Assembly (NCBI GenBank): GCA_963752595.1
Contig: CAVVYZ010000013.1
Span: 128,001-192,000, forward strand
Reading direction: 5' to 3'
DNA: 64,000 nt
Source of the DNA: an uncultured delta proteobacterium
GTDB taxonomy: Bacteria > Desulfobacterota > Desulfomonilia > UBA1062
Within the stretch, counting starts at the first letter, position 1, and each line of letters begins with the position of its first letter. Of this stretch, positions 30,046 through 40,622 are shown piece by piece. The notes under the pieces were generated by a model, which saw only the letters and a list, made by a program, of their open reading frames with translations, was not told the DNA's origin and did no database searches. Position numbers and translations under genes: made by a program.

Positions 30046-31574
30046 TTATAAGATCATCTCCTCATTCCTGCGGTCACTGCCGAGCACCAGGAATATCCCC
30101 GCAAGCAGGACGTATCCCAGACTGATTGCATAGTGGGCAGTCGATGCAACCTTCCAGGGAAGGTAAACTTCCCCTGTGGGCAGAATGGAGTGGATGATGC
30201 CGAACAGGGTAAAGACGGCACAGGTGATGGCATACAGAGCCGCCATCCTCGGCTTGCGGTCAATGACAAAGGCCACCATGCCTCCCCAGAGCAGGGCAGT
30301 CATGATAAACCCGTTGCTGAGGACCGTTAAGGACTGGAGCATGACCTGCAGACGTACCGGAAGCTTGTCAGGGGTGATCCCGCCGGCTCCCAGATATTGT
30401 CCGAGTATGATCATGATCAGGCTGGCGATCACCGGCAGGAAGCTGAAGCTCACCGCTTCGGAATGCTCGGGAGGAGACTCTTTATAGGCCTGGCGCACGA
30501 TCTCGAATCCGATGAACAGGAAGATCGGTGCCAGCACTGCACGGGGAATAAGGCTCACTCCCAGGGACAGCAGGCCCACCAGTGATCCCAGACCCACCAG
30601 CAGCCCGGTGAGCAGGGTGTACCACTAGGTTGCGCCCATCTTCTTATACGCCGGATGCCCGATATAAGGCGTTGTCTGGGCCACACCCCCGAAAAAAGCA
30701 GCGATGAGCGAAGTGAATGCCTCCGTGAGCAGGATGTCCCGGGTCCGGTACTCGTCTCCGGCCAGCCGTGCGCTTTCGGTATTATTGATCCCCCCGATGA
30801 TGGTCAGGATGCCGAACGGAATGGCCATGGGCAGATACTGAATCGCCCTGGGCAGGGCCGTCAGGAATCCAGGGAAAAGACGGCAGGCACAGGCTTGTCT
30901 CAAAGGAAGGTTTCTGAAATTCTGGGAGATACCCGTTGTATCCCAGGATGAAATGCAGTCCGGTCCCAAGCAGTACGGCTGCCAGAACCCCGGGGAATCC
31001 TTCCGGGAAGCTCGAGCCGTCCGAGGAAATACGGCAAAAATAAGGCCCAGCGCCACCATGCCCACTACGACCTCGTTGAAGATCTCGATCATGGGCAGAA
31101 AACCCAGGAGCAGGAGGCCCACTCCGGCGATGGAGCCCAGGAGGCCTGCCGTGGGAATGACACGCTGCACGAGCCGCCGATAAAGGAGGTGATGACCTTG
31201 ACGATGCCGATCATGAAAAGGGTGGCCATCCCGATCTGCCAGGTGAGCTCGGCATCGCGCGTGGCAATATAGGCCGGCCCGATCACGGCGTAGGCCAGGC
31301 CGATGGATGACGGGCGTATCCAGACCCAGGGGCATGGCGGTGACGTCTTTCCTGCCTGTCTTTTTCCCAGCCGGAGGGCCAGCCAGGTGTAGATCAGATC
31401 CCCGAAGAGAACGCCCATGGCCGTCCCGGGGATCATGCGCTTCAGGATGATCTCGGCCGGATAGTTGAAGGTGAAGATGAGGATGGAGCTTAGGAAGACG
31501 AGCACTCCGAGATTATCGAGGAAAAGGGCCAGGAATGCGGTCGTTTCACCCCAGAATCTGTTCCTGTCACGCAT
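30046..31574 (-). CDS. NCS2/AzgA-like (xanthine/uracil/vitamin C) permease; frameshifts and an in-frame TAG
   Basis: FLALFLDNL, IPGTAMGVLFGD, MPLGLDTP, GLLGSIAG, GGINNTESARLAGDEY, TTPYIGHPAYKKMG, NGFIMTALLWG. Confidence 0.82.
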
Positions 31575-31631
31575 GGATACTCCCTTCATGCCTTCCCTTA
31601 AGCATCCTTGCTCGGGCAGACGCACCTGAGG

Positions 31632-32504
31632 TTATCGTGATTTCAAATGCTCCATGACCACCTGATGCATGAGCTCGACAGGGGCTTCCTGGCCGGTAAA
31701 CAGCTCGAACTGCAGGGCAGCCTGGTTGATGAACATCTCGGCACCGGAGATCACGGCAAGTCCGTATGCCCTGGCATCGCGCAGCAGCTTCGTTTCAAGG
31801 GGGTTGTAGACGATATCGAGCACCACCTGATCCGGACGGAACAGGGAAGAGGGTATGAGGGAGACATCCTCATTCGGGTGCATGCCCACGGGTGTACAGT
31901 GGATAATGATATCGGACGTCTTCATGGCCTCTGCGAGCGAGTCCCGGCCCAGGGCGGCAGAACTGATGCATGCATCCGTGCCGGCCTTAAGGTCGGCTGC
32001 GAGCATGGTAAGCATCTGCGTGTCGATGTCCAGGATAGAGAGTGAAGCAAGCGAGGTATTCCGGGCAAGGGTAAATGCTATGGCCCTTGCCGCACCGCCC
32101 GAACCCAGCATCAGGACGTTACGGCCGCCTACCTCCACCCCGGCATCCCGTATGGCTTTGAGCGCCCCGGGTCCGTCCGTGCCCGCACCAAGAAGCTTGC
32201 CCTGTGGATGGATAATCGTATTGATCGAGCCGATGGAACGGTCTATCGGGGCTATTTCATCCACATGGTTCATCGCTTCGATCTTATGCGGTATCGTGAC
32301 GCTCATGCCGCGGAAATTCTCCAGGGCACGCATGCCTGCCAGGGCATTCTTCACATCCTCCACCCGGAAAGCCACATAGATGAAATCCAGCCCCAGCTCC
32401 TGGAAGGCGGCATTGTGAATTGCCGGAGAGAGGCTGTGAGCAACCGGATTGCCGATCACCGCACACACCTGGGTGCTGGTCTTGATTGTCCGAACATCTT
32501 TCAT
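31632..32504 (-). CDS. aroE: Shikimate dehydrogenase
   Basis: GNPVAHSLSPAIHN, SVTIPHK, GSINT, GTDGPG, GSGGAARA, DIVYNPLET, QAALQFELFTG. Confidence 0.95.
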   Translation of the reverse strand: MKDVRTIKTSTQVCAVIGNPVAHSLSPAIHNAAFQELGLDFIYVAFRVEDVKNALAGMRALENFRGMSVTIPHKIEAMNHVDEIAPIDRSIGSINTIIHPQGKLLGAGTDGPGALKAIRDAGVEVGGRNVLMLGSGGAARAIAFTLARNTSLASLSILDIDTQMLTMLAADLKAGTDACISSAALGRDSLAEAMKTSDIIIHCTPVGMHPNEDVSLIPSSLFRPDQVVLDIVYNPLETKLLRDARAYGLAVISGAEMFINQAALQFELFTGQEAPVELMHQVVMEHLKSR

Positions 32505-32559
32505 AACAAGTCCCTCATACAACAAACGACATGACAGTGAATCGATTCTCCAAAGGGTG

Positions 32560-33180
32560 TTATTCCTTGGCTTTCTGGGACTTTTCACCCGGATTTCCGG
32601 TGCCGGCCAGGCGGAAGAGCTCGCTGCTTACACCGGTATCGAACCGGTAGCCCTTGAGCCGGATATCGCTCTGGTTCCCTGTTGCATCCTTGAGCAGGAT
32701 CCTCTTGATGGCATGAGACCTTTCCGTCCATACCGTGATGTGCCCCGAACCGCCTTTGGGATAGAGGAAGAGGGCCTCATCGCTCTCCTTGATCTCATAC
32801 CCTTCGCCGATGGTATCAAGGCCGGAGAAGAAGCCCAGGACATTCTGGGTCGCCATTTCCGGGGGCAGCTCCTGGGTCTGGGTGGTACCTTCCTCGGGGA
32901 GGTGGACCATAACCGTCTGTCCTTTGAGGATAATGACCTGCCGCTGGGGCGAGGATACATCCATCCGGACGCCCGTATGGCGTTTGTAGGAGACCTTGCC
33001 GGTGAAATGCACGGTCTTGTTCACGAGGCTCTGATACGTGTCCTGGGTGAAGTTTACGGTGAAGTCCTCATACTTTTTGTAGAAGTTCTGTATATTCTTC
33101 AGGCTCTCTGCATGCAGGGAGCCCGCAGCAAAGCAGATGAATATGGTCATTACGATACTAGTCTTCCAGTTCGGTTGCAT
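32560..33180 (-). CDS. lolA: Outer-membrane lipoprotein carrier LolA family
   Basis: Signal peptide; FTVNFTQ, DATGNQSDIRL; directly downstream of ftsK. Confidence 0.8.
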   Translation of the reverse strand: MQPNWKTSIVMTIFICFAAGSLHAESLKNIQNFYKKYEDFTVNFTQDTYQSLVNKTVHFTGKVSYKRHTGVRMDVSSPQRQVIILKGQTVMVHLPEEGTTQTQELPPEMATQNVLGFFSGLDTIGEGYEIKESDEALFLYPKGGSGHITVWTERSHAIKRILLKDATGNQSDIRLKGYRFDTGVSSELFRLAGTGNPGEKSQKAKE

Positions 33181-35407
33181 ATGACGTTACCAATACCTTT
33201 CGTGGTTTTCCCGCTGTATCTGACGGGCCTATGATTCCTTCGCGCTCCATCTGTTCCACGATGCGGGCTGCCCGGTTATACCCGATCCTGAATCTCCGCT
33301 GGATCAGGGATATGGAAGCGCTCCCCTTGCTGGTGACGAATTCCAGTGCCTCATCATAGACCGGATCGTATTCTTCATTCAGGGTCGAGCCACCGCCGTT
33401 ACCGTTACTGTCCTCGTCTGCGAGCCGGGCTATCTGATCGCCGAGGCCTTCGATGTATTCCGGACCGCCCTGCTGCCTGATGAAATCCACCACCTGATCG
33501 AGCTCATCCTCGGAGACAAAGGCCCCGTGAATGCGAGTAAGCCCGGAGCTTCCCGGGGTGAGGAAGAGCATGTCTCCGAGGCCCAGGAGCTGGTCTGCTC
33601 CTGAAGAGTCGAGGATGGTCCTCGAATCTATCTTCGAGGAGACCCTGAAGGAGATCCGGGAGGGGAAGTTGGACTTGATCAGGCCGGTGATCACGTCCAC
33701 GGAAGGCCGCTGGGTTGCGACGATCATATGGATTCCGGCTGCGCGTGCCATCTGGGCAAGCCGTGCGATATAGGTTTCCACCTCGCGGTTGACCATCATG
33801 AGATCTGCCATCTCGTCGATGACGATGACGAGTTTGGGCAGCAGACCGGTCTTTTCATGCTCGTTCTTCAGCGTTGCCAGAGTGGGGCATGTTTCCTTGG
33901 TATTTTTCTTCACTTTTTTGTTATATGAATCGACCCCTTTGACGCCTAAGTCTTTGAACCATTCATAGCGCATCTCCATCTCGGCCACGGCCCACTTGAG
34001 GACCGGGATGGCCTCCTTGGGATTGACCACGACCGGATAAAGCAGATGGGGGATGCCTTCATAATGGGAGAGCTCGATCCGCTTGGGGTCGATCATGATG
34101 AATTTCAGCTCGGCAGGGTCGTTGCGATAGAGGAGCGAGAGGATCATGGTGTTCAGGCCCACGCTCTTGCCCGTGCCGGTAGCGCCTGCGATGAGCAGGT
34201 GCGGCATCTTCTCCAGGTTCGTCACGACGGGGATGCCTTCGATATTGCTCCCGAGCGCTAGCGTCAGCGGCGAGTTCGACATGACGAACTCCTTGCTGGC
34301 AAGGGTGTGCTTCAGGTAGACCATCTCCCGCGATCGGTTGGGGATCTCGATGCCCACGGCATTTTTCCCCGGTATGGGCGCCACGACGCGGACCGGCGAT
34401 GCCTTGAGCGCCATGGCGAGGTCGTCTGCCAGGGAAACGATCTTGTTGATCTTGATCCCCGGGGCAGGGGTGAATTCATACATGGTAATGACCGGGCCCG
34501 GCTTGATTTCGAGGATCTCTCCTTCCACCCCGAAATCCTTGAGTTTGCCGATGATGAGCGTTGCATTCGCCTTGAGCTCTTTCTCGGTGATCACCCGGTT
34601 TTTTGACGGGGGCTTGCTGAGGAGGGACAGCGGAGGCAGCTGGTAGTTATTCACGAAGTCGAGCGTCGCCTGCTTCGGAATCTCCGTAATGATCTTATCC
34701 TCTCGACCTGAACCGGAAATGGTGATCTGCGGTTCTTTCTTGCCTGCTTTGCTCGTTTTTGCAGGCGGCTCGTCTTCGATCTCTTCGGATCCCTTTTTCT
34801 GGGGCTTCGGCTTCGTGCGATTTTCCAGCTCCTTGCGCCGTACCCGCACTTCCCAGTTTTCTCTGAGCGCTCCGGTGAGGTCCTTTATCGTATGGTACGG
34901 GGTGGCGAAATCATAGCCGATCAGCGCCCCTGCACACAGGAGCATGAGCAGCAGCATGAGCGACCCCCATGCATTGAGGTACTTGTACAGCGCTCCGCCG
35001 ATGATCTTCCCGAGCAGCCCTCCGGAAGGCATGGTGGTTGAGAAGAGAGAGATATCTTTCATGAAGATATCCAGGAGACCTAAAGTCGAAAAAAAGAGGA
35101 TGAAGATGCTTAATCCTTTGACCCAGCCGGCCGATGCCGTCTTCCTGAAGAACCTGACCGAAAATTCTGCCAGAAAAAGGGGAATGATCAGCGCCGTCAC
35201 CCCGAAGAGGATGTAAAGCCCGTTAGCGGTATACGACCCGATGATTCCGATCCAGTTGTTGATCTCTTTGACCTTCTGATAATGGGAAAAGCTCGGATCC
35301 GATGGATCATACGATATGAGGGACAGGAAGAGGAAAACGGCAATAAAGAGTATGAATATCCCCGGGATAGGGAAGGGGATCCTCGTTTCTTTATTCTTTT
35401 TTGCCAT
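33158..35407 (-). CDS. ftsK: DNA translocase FtsK
   Basis: N-terminal TM domain, MPHLLIAGATGTGKS, MIDPKRIEL, IDEMADLM, ATQRPSVDVITG, gamma domain LIQRRFRIGYNRAAR. Confidence 0.98.
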   Translation of the reverse strand: MAKKNKETRIPFPIPGIFILFIAVFLFLSLISYDPSDPSFSHYQKVKEINNWIGIIGSYTANGLYILFGVTALIIPLFLAEFSVRFFRKTASAGWVKGLSIFILFFSTLGLLDIFMKDISLFSTTMPSGGLLGKIIGGALYKYLNAWGSLMLLLMLLCAGALIGYDFATPYHTIKDLTGALRENWEVRVRRKELENRTKPKPQKKGSEEIEDEPPAKTSKAGKKEPQITISGSGREDKIITEIPKQATLDFVNNYQLPPLSLLSKPPSKNRVITEKELKANATLIIGKLKDFGVEGEILEIKPGPVITMYEFTPAPGIKINKIVSLADDLAMALKASPVRVVAPIPGKNAVGIEIPNRSREMVYLKHTLASKEFVMSNSPLTLALGSNIEGIPVVTNLEKMPHLLIAGATGTGKSVGLNTMILSLLYRNDPAELKFIMIDPKRIELSHYEGIPHLLYPVVVNPKEAIPVLKWAVAEMEMRYEWFKDLGVKGVDSYNKKVKKNTKETCPTLATLKNEHEKTGLLPKLVIVIDEMADLMMVNREVETYIARLAQMARAAGIHMIVATQRPSVDVITGLIKSNFPSRISFRVSSKIDSRTILDSSGADQLLGLGDMLFLTPGSSGLTRIHGAFVSEDELDQVVDFIRQQGGPEYIEGLGDQIARLADEDSNGNGGGSTLNEEYDPVYDEALEFVTSKGSASISLIQRRFRIGYNRAARIVEQMEREGIIGPSDTAGKPRKVLVTSYATELED

Positions 35408-35562
35408 CTAGGATCCTTTCAGGGTATCGATTATACCATAGAATACCCCTGCAGCCCAGCAATTTACGGGAAAGTCGAAAAAGCTGCGGCATTGTACAGT
35501 CCATACCAAAATTATCAGAGAAATCAAGCTTTCGATAAAAAGTCATCCGATGAGCCTTAATC

Positions 35563-37179
35563 CTAAATCTCCATGATGATGGGAATCACCATGGGTTTTT
35601 TCCCGAGGCGGGCTTTAAGCCGTATGCCGAGGGCCTCGCGGAGGCGGTTCTGCAGTGACTGGACATTGATCTCTTTCTCCAGGCACGAATCAAGGACTTC
35701 ACCGGCGTGGCTCCGGATATCGTCTATGAGCTCCTGCTCCATGCTCGCCGGCACGACCCCCTTGCACATGATATCGGGGCCGAGTACGACAAGAGGCTTG
35801 CCCGAGTCGATAACCACAAAGGCAACCACGAGACCGCCCTCGGATATGTGCCTGCGGTCCCTGAGCACTACATCCCGGATGTCACCGGTGAGTTCTCCGT
35901 CCACGAAGCACCTGCCGTGAACGGTTTCTCCGGTCATCTGCATGCCGTCCTGCCCGATCGTCCAGATCTGTCCGGGCTTGGCCAGGACGGTATCTGCATC
36001 GAGCCCGGGCAATGCCTCCACGATCTCGGCCAGTGCCTTCATGTGTCTGAGTTCGCCATGGATCGGCATGACGATCTCGGGCTTCAGGAGGGTAACGGCC
36101 CTGCGAAGCTCTTCCTGAGGCGCATGGCCCGTGGCATGGACCTCAGCGGTATCAGGATAATAGACCTTTGCGCCGAAATCGATCAGTTTATCTATGCACC
36201 GGGTGATGGCAAGCTCGTTTCCAGGGATGATCCGTGCCGAAATGATCACGCTGTCCCCTTCCTTTACCTTGAACTTGTGCCACCCCCTGGCAATGAGCGA
36301 CAGCACAGAATAGATCTCTCCCTGGGTGCCGGTGCAGATGATCAGGACCTTGCCCCTGTCCATGGAGATGATCTCTTCAGGTTTGATCACATCCCGCGGA
36401 TCGAAGCTTAAGGCTCCCAGGTCGGTTGCAATATCCACCACCTGATTCATGCTCCTGCCGATGATCGCGATCTTCCTTCCGTTTTCCACGGCCAGGTCGT
36501 AGAGCATCTGGATCCGGCGCACATGGCTCGAGAAGGTCGATACCACGACGCCACCCGAGGTTTTCTTGACGATCGCTTCCAGCGATTTCCGGACCCTGCT
36601 CTCGTCTGCGTACCGCGGGTTCACTTCTGCATTGGTGCTCTCGCACATGAAGAGCTTCACATCATGCCCGAGGGTGCCGTACTCAGGGGGCGCTTCTTTC
36701 AGGTCTCCCGAATGGACGATCTTGCCCTGGGGAGTCTGGATGCTTAAGGAATAGCATCCCAGGGTGGAGTGTGACACCTCGATGAAGGTGATCTCCATTC
36801 CTGCAAGCGTTATCTTCTGACCCGGAAGGACGCTTTGAAGCTCGATAGGGCCTTCCATATCAAACTCCCGTAGCTTTCTCTTGACGAGCTCGAGGGTAAA
36901 GGGATGGCCGAATACCGGAATAGGCGCGTCTTTGAGGAGATAGGGCAGGGCGCCGACATGGTCCTCATGCCCGTGGGTGAGGATAATGCCTTCGAACGCC
37001 TCCTGATTCTCCTTGACATACGTAAAGTCGGGGATGATCTGATCGATGCCGGTGGGATTGAACTTAGGGAACATCAGTCCTGCATCCACGAGGATCGATC
37101 CGGTGCCGGTTTCGATGACCGTTGAGTTGAGTCCGAATTCCCGGACTCCCCCCAAGGGTATCACACGTACAAAGCTCAA
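35563..37179 (-). CDS. rnj: Ribonuclease J
   Basis: TTG start overlapping the upstream stop; IPLGGVREFG, THGHEDHVGA, ESTNA, TGTQGE, IPGNE, HATGH, PIHGELRH. Confidence 0.93.
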   Translation of the reverse strand: MSFVRVIPLGGVREFGLNSTVIETGTGSILVDAGLMFPKFNPTGIDQIIPDFTYVKENQEAFEGIILTHGHEDHVGALPYLLKDAPIPVFGHPFTLELVKRKLREFDMEGPIELQSVLPGQKITLAGMEITFIEVSHSTLGCYSLSIQTPQGKIVHSGDLKEAPPEYGTLGHDVKLFMCESTNAEVNPRYADESRVRKSLEAIVKKTSGGVVVSTFSSHVRRIQMLYDLAVENGRKIAIIGRSMNQVVDIATDLGALSFDPRDVIKPEEIISMDRGKVLIICTGTQGEIYSVLSLIARGWHKFKVKEGDSVIISARIIPGNELAITRCIDKLIDFGAKVYYPDTAEVHATGHAPQEELRRAVTLLKPEIVMPIHGELRHMKALAEIVEALPGLDADTVLAKPGQIWTIGQDGMQMTGETVHGRCFVDGELTGDIRDVVLRDRRHISEGGLVVAFVVIDSGKPLVVLGPDIMCKGVVPASMEQELIDDIRSHAGEVLDSCLEKEINVQSLQNRLREALGIRLKARLGKKPMVIPIIMEI

Positions 37180-38438
37180 TGAATTTCTCCTGACAATTGC
37201 TTGATGCGGGAACTCAAGACCAGTTCCGCATCGGATATGTCGCTGACTTTCTGCTGCGGTAGGGGGATATGGGGCAGGGTAAGGGCCTCGCCGATCCTTA
37301 CCTTTACGGGGGTCCGCTCTATAGTCGATTCCCACCGGGGCATCAGTGAATAGGACCCGGATATGCCCACTGGGATGACCGGCTTTCCCAGCGCGAGGAC
37401 AAGGCGCATGGTGCCGCGTTTGAAGGGAAGCAGCCGGTTGTCCCAGGTCCTCTCGCCTTCAGGATATATGCCCAGGATGTGTCCCTGCTGGATGATGCGG
37501 ATGGCATTGCGCACGGCCTGCGTGTCGATAGTATACCGCCTCACGGGAAAGCCCCTTGCATGCCTGATTGCCCAGGTGAGGAGCGGGTTCCTGAGTTCGG
37601 AATTCTTGGCCATGAACCAGATGTGCCGCTTTGGGAATGCGCCGAGGATAATGGAATCCAGAAACGACGTGTGGTTCGAGAGAAGTACGGCGGCCCCGGT
37701 TCCAGGTATGTTGTCGAGCCCCTCGATGTGGACGGAGAACAGCGCCTTGACAATGGGCCTGGCGATTGTCCTGACCACGGCCAGGGGTATGCTCGAATCC
37801 ATAGCGTACCACTTCTTCACCGGCACGCTTAAAGTTTTATGGCCCGGTGCCTTTGATGGTTTTTCTTTGAGTGCGCTCTCGAACTTAAGCCGGGGGTAGA
37901 ACTCCACGATCTTCCCCGGCGAATGGTGCTCGGTCAAGGCCTTGCGGATGAGGTCTTCCCACTTTTTCCCGGATTCGTTCTGAAAATCGAAAAACAGGAT
38001 CCCATGCCCGCGGCTGATGAGGATGATCGTATTCGATTCGATAGTGACCCCGCAGAGATCGTCAAAGGGCAGCGTAAAAGCTTCTTTGCCGCCGGTGAAG
38101 ACAAGCTCGCCCGTCTTCAGGATGAGCGGGCCCTCATCGGAGACCGACCTGGTGAAGTGGGTAGCAAACACGCCTGCAAAGCCCCGGAATATTCCTCTCG
38201 TTGCTTCCCGGGAGAGGATCACCCGATTGCCCATGAGAATCGTACCGGCATGATCCGAGGGCAGGCCAAAGGAGCGGGTCTTGTCATACCAGTGCCCAAC
38301 GGTGTTCTTCTCTCCGTTGATGGATATCTCCGAGCGGGAGATAATCTGAACATGCCCATGGCAGAGGGTGCACCGCCCGCCGGCGAGCCAGTCGAATTCG
38401 CCGCACAAAGGGCATCGATAGAGGATGTCGGTAATCAT
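37176..38438 (-). CDS. Lysophospholipid acyltransferase (PlsC domain) fused behind an N-terminal CxxC..CxxC domain
   Basis: NHTSFLD, FMAK, GFPVRR, IYPEGERT in C-half; YRCPLCG...RCTLC at N-terminus. Confidence 0.85.
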   Translation of the reverse strand: MITDILYRCPLCGEFDWLAGGRCTLCHGHVQIISRSEISINGEKNTVGHWYDKTRSFGLPSDHAGTILMGNRVILSREATRGIFRGFAGVFATHFTRSVSDEGPLILKTGELVFTGGKEAFTLPFDDLCGVTIESNTIILISRGHGILFFDFQNESGKKWEDLIRKALTEHHSPGKIVEFYPRLKFESALKEKPSKAPGHKTLSVPVKKWYAMDSSIPLAVVRTIARPIVKALFSVHIEGLDNIPGTGAAVLLSNHTSFLDSIILGAFPKRHIWFMAKNSELRNPLLTWAIRHARGFPVRRYTIDTQAVRNAIRIIQQGHILGIYPEGERTWDNRLLPFKRGTMRLVLALGKPVIPVGISGSYSLMPRWESTIERTPVKVRIGEALTLPHIPLPQQKVSDISDAELVLSSRIKQLSGEIH

Positions 38439-38441
38439 AGG

Positions 38442-38612
38442 CTAAAAAGTATAGCCTAATTTTATCGAGTTGTACACCTCTTCCATGAGGGTGTTTACAT
38501 CCTTGTCATGCGGGTCGACAGGCGTGCTGATGTTCAAAATGATTTTCCCCGGCCTAATCCTCTTGCCGTGTTTCGGCAGGACTTCACTGGAGCCGGCCAC
38601 TATATGGGAAAT
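38442..38612 (-). pseudogene. 3' fragment of a second PlsC-like acyltransferase, cut at a probable contig junction
   Basis: AGSSEVLPKHGKRIRPGKIILNISTPVD..LMEEVYNSI resembles a PlsC C-terminus; no catalytic NHxxxxD upstream, sequence turns AT-rich. Confidence 0.6.
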
Positions 38613-38762
38613 GTGAGGTAAGATCATAATAATAACAAATATATATGAGCCTGCAGCAGAGGGTGTGGTCCAGAACATGAGGTACTTTTACAAAAGATTT
38701 ACATTAATGTCAAACGTTCGGAAAGATTGAAGAAAAAAATGGCAGTAAATAAGGGGGGAGCG

Positions 38763-39095
38763 TCAGTCTTTGCCGGTGAGCACGCTCATGAGGTCGTTCA
38801 TCATTTCTTCCCGGGTGCTGATGGCGCTGAGCACGGCTTCGAAACCCCGCTGGGCAAGGATGATATCGCCGAATTCTTCGGGGAGGTCGACATTCGAAGT
38901 GAAGTGGCCGTCCTCGGTGGGGACGCCTTCCACGGTCGATCTGGACGTCACCGTATCGACGCTTCCGCGGGCACCCTCGGTGATCTTTGTTCTGATGGAT
39001 TTATAGTCCTGGGTGTTCATGTTGGCCATGTTGGACGAGGCGTTGGAAAGAAGGATTTCATTCGCGCGGAGCCCTGACAATAATATATCCGACAT
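38763..39095 (-). CDS. Small flagellar basal-body rod/hook-type protein (Flg_bb_rod N and C motifs only)
   Basis: LSGLRA..LSNASSNMANMNTQDYK; SNVDLPEEFGDIILAQRGFEA. Confidence 0.85.
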   Translation of the reverse strand: MSDILLSGLRANEILLSNASSNMANMNTQDYKSIRTKITEGARGSVDTVTSRSTVEGVPTEDGHFTSNVDLPEEFGDIILAQRGFEAVLSAISTREEMMNDLMSVLTGKD

Positions 39096-39113
39096 AATCT
39101 CACCCTTGCTCAT

Positions 39114-39140
39114 GTATCGGTTGAACGGCTATAATCTTGA
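39114..39140 (-). promoter_or_regulatory. Sigma-28 (FliA)-type promoter
   Basis: Minus strand TCAA-N15-ACCGATAC versus consensus TAAA-N15-GCCGATAA, 18 nt before ATG 39095. Confidence 0.65.
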
Positions 39141-39142
39141 AT

Positions 39143-40622
39143 ATGAAAAAGCCGGGATTGCTCGAAAAGCTCATTGTGGCCTACGCGGTATTCGTCATTG
39201 TTCTCCTGGGCCTTGCGGTTTTCCTCGTGTACGTATCCTCCAGACTGGGCAATGTCTCTGCAGATATCTACTACCTGGACCAGCATAAAAAGGAGGTCAC
39301 GAATAATCTCATCAGTGACCTCATTTCCCTGGAAGAGACCGGTAAGCAGTATCTTCTCCTGCAGAAGGAGTCCTACAAGACCCTGATAGGAGAGCAGGAA
39401 GAAGCGATAACCCGTGCCTGGGAATACCTCTGCCTGGATGGTGTGTGCGTCAAGCAGGATGAGATCAGAGCGGTGAGAAAGGGCATACAGGTATGGGGGA
39501 CATACATCGAGCGTTTCCATGCGCAGCTTTCCGATCCGCCGAAGGACTTGCGGAGCCTTGACAGGATATTCAAAGAAAACAGCAAGGACATGGACAGCAT
39601 GGTCAAGGTTGTGCGTCTGGTCAATACGGGTGTACTCGAAATCCCTCGATGAAAAGATCGTTTTTCTGAAAGGGCTCGGCGAACAGATCAGGCTGTTCAC
39701 CTGGTGGGCACTGGGCATTGCAGCCACCATAGGACTGCTCATCCCGCTCCTCATCTATAAGAGCATCACCAACGATCTCGTGTCCATCAGGACCGGGATC
39801 AAGCATATTGCACAGGGTGACTTCTCCTACAGGATACCCTTGTATTCGAAAGACGATCTGGGTTTGCTTGCCGAATCATTCAATGTCATGTCATTGCGCC
39901 TGAAGGAGCTCGACAACATGAAATCCGAGTTCATTTCCATTGTCTCCCATGAGCTCAAGACCCCGCTGACCTCGATGAAAGAAGCGGCAAACCTCCTCAA
40001 GGAAGGGGCGGTCGGTGAGTTGAATGAAAAACAGACGAGGCTCATCACCATCATGGAGCAGGGGATAAGCAGGCTTCTCCAGATGATCGCCGAGCTTCTC
40101 GAGATATCGAAGCTCGAGAGCGGCATGGTGGACCTTCGGATCGAGGCGCATGAGATAAACGATGTGGTTTCGGGATTCATTTCCGAGATACACCACTATG
40201 CCGAGAAAAAAGGGATACATATCCGGGTCAGCTATCTGCCCGACGGATTCAACGTGCTCATGGACAGAAACAAGATTGTCCGGGTGTTGACAAATCTGAC
40301 TCATAATGCCATCAAGTACTCGGATGACGGCTCTGAGATAGAGCTGCGGGTCAATCTGGAAGACGATCATCTTATTGTCGAGATCGAGGATCATGGGAAA
40401 GGGGTTCCGGAAGAAGATATTCCTTTGATATTCGAAAAATTTTACCAGTCGAAGGCAACAAGAGGACACAGTGGGATAGGTCTCGGGTTAGCTATCTCCA
40501 AGAGCATTGTCGATGCTCACGGGGGCAAAATATATGCAAAGAGCACTGTCGGTAAGGGGAGCACGTTTTCTTTCACTCTGCCTGTTCATCCTCACATTAC
40601 TGCAGACAGGCTGCACGGCTAG
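39143..40622 (+). CDS. HAMP sensor histidine kinase (GlrK/QseE-like), frameshift ~39645
   Basis: TM-periplasmic-TM-HAMP; SHELKTPL, NLTHNAIKYS, DHGKG, GIGLGLAI, GKGSTF. Confidence 0.9.
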
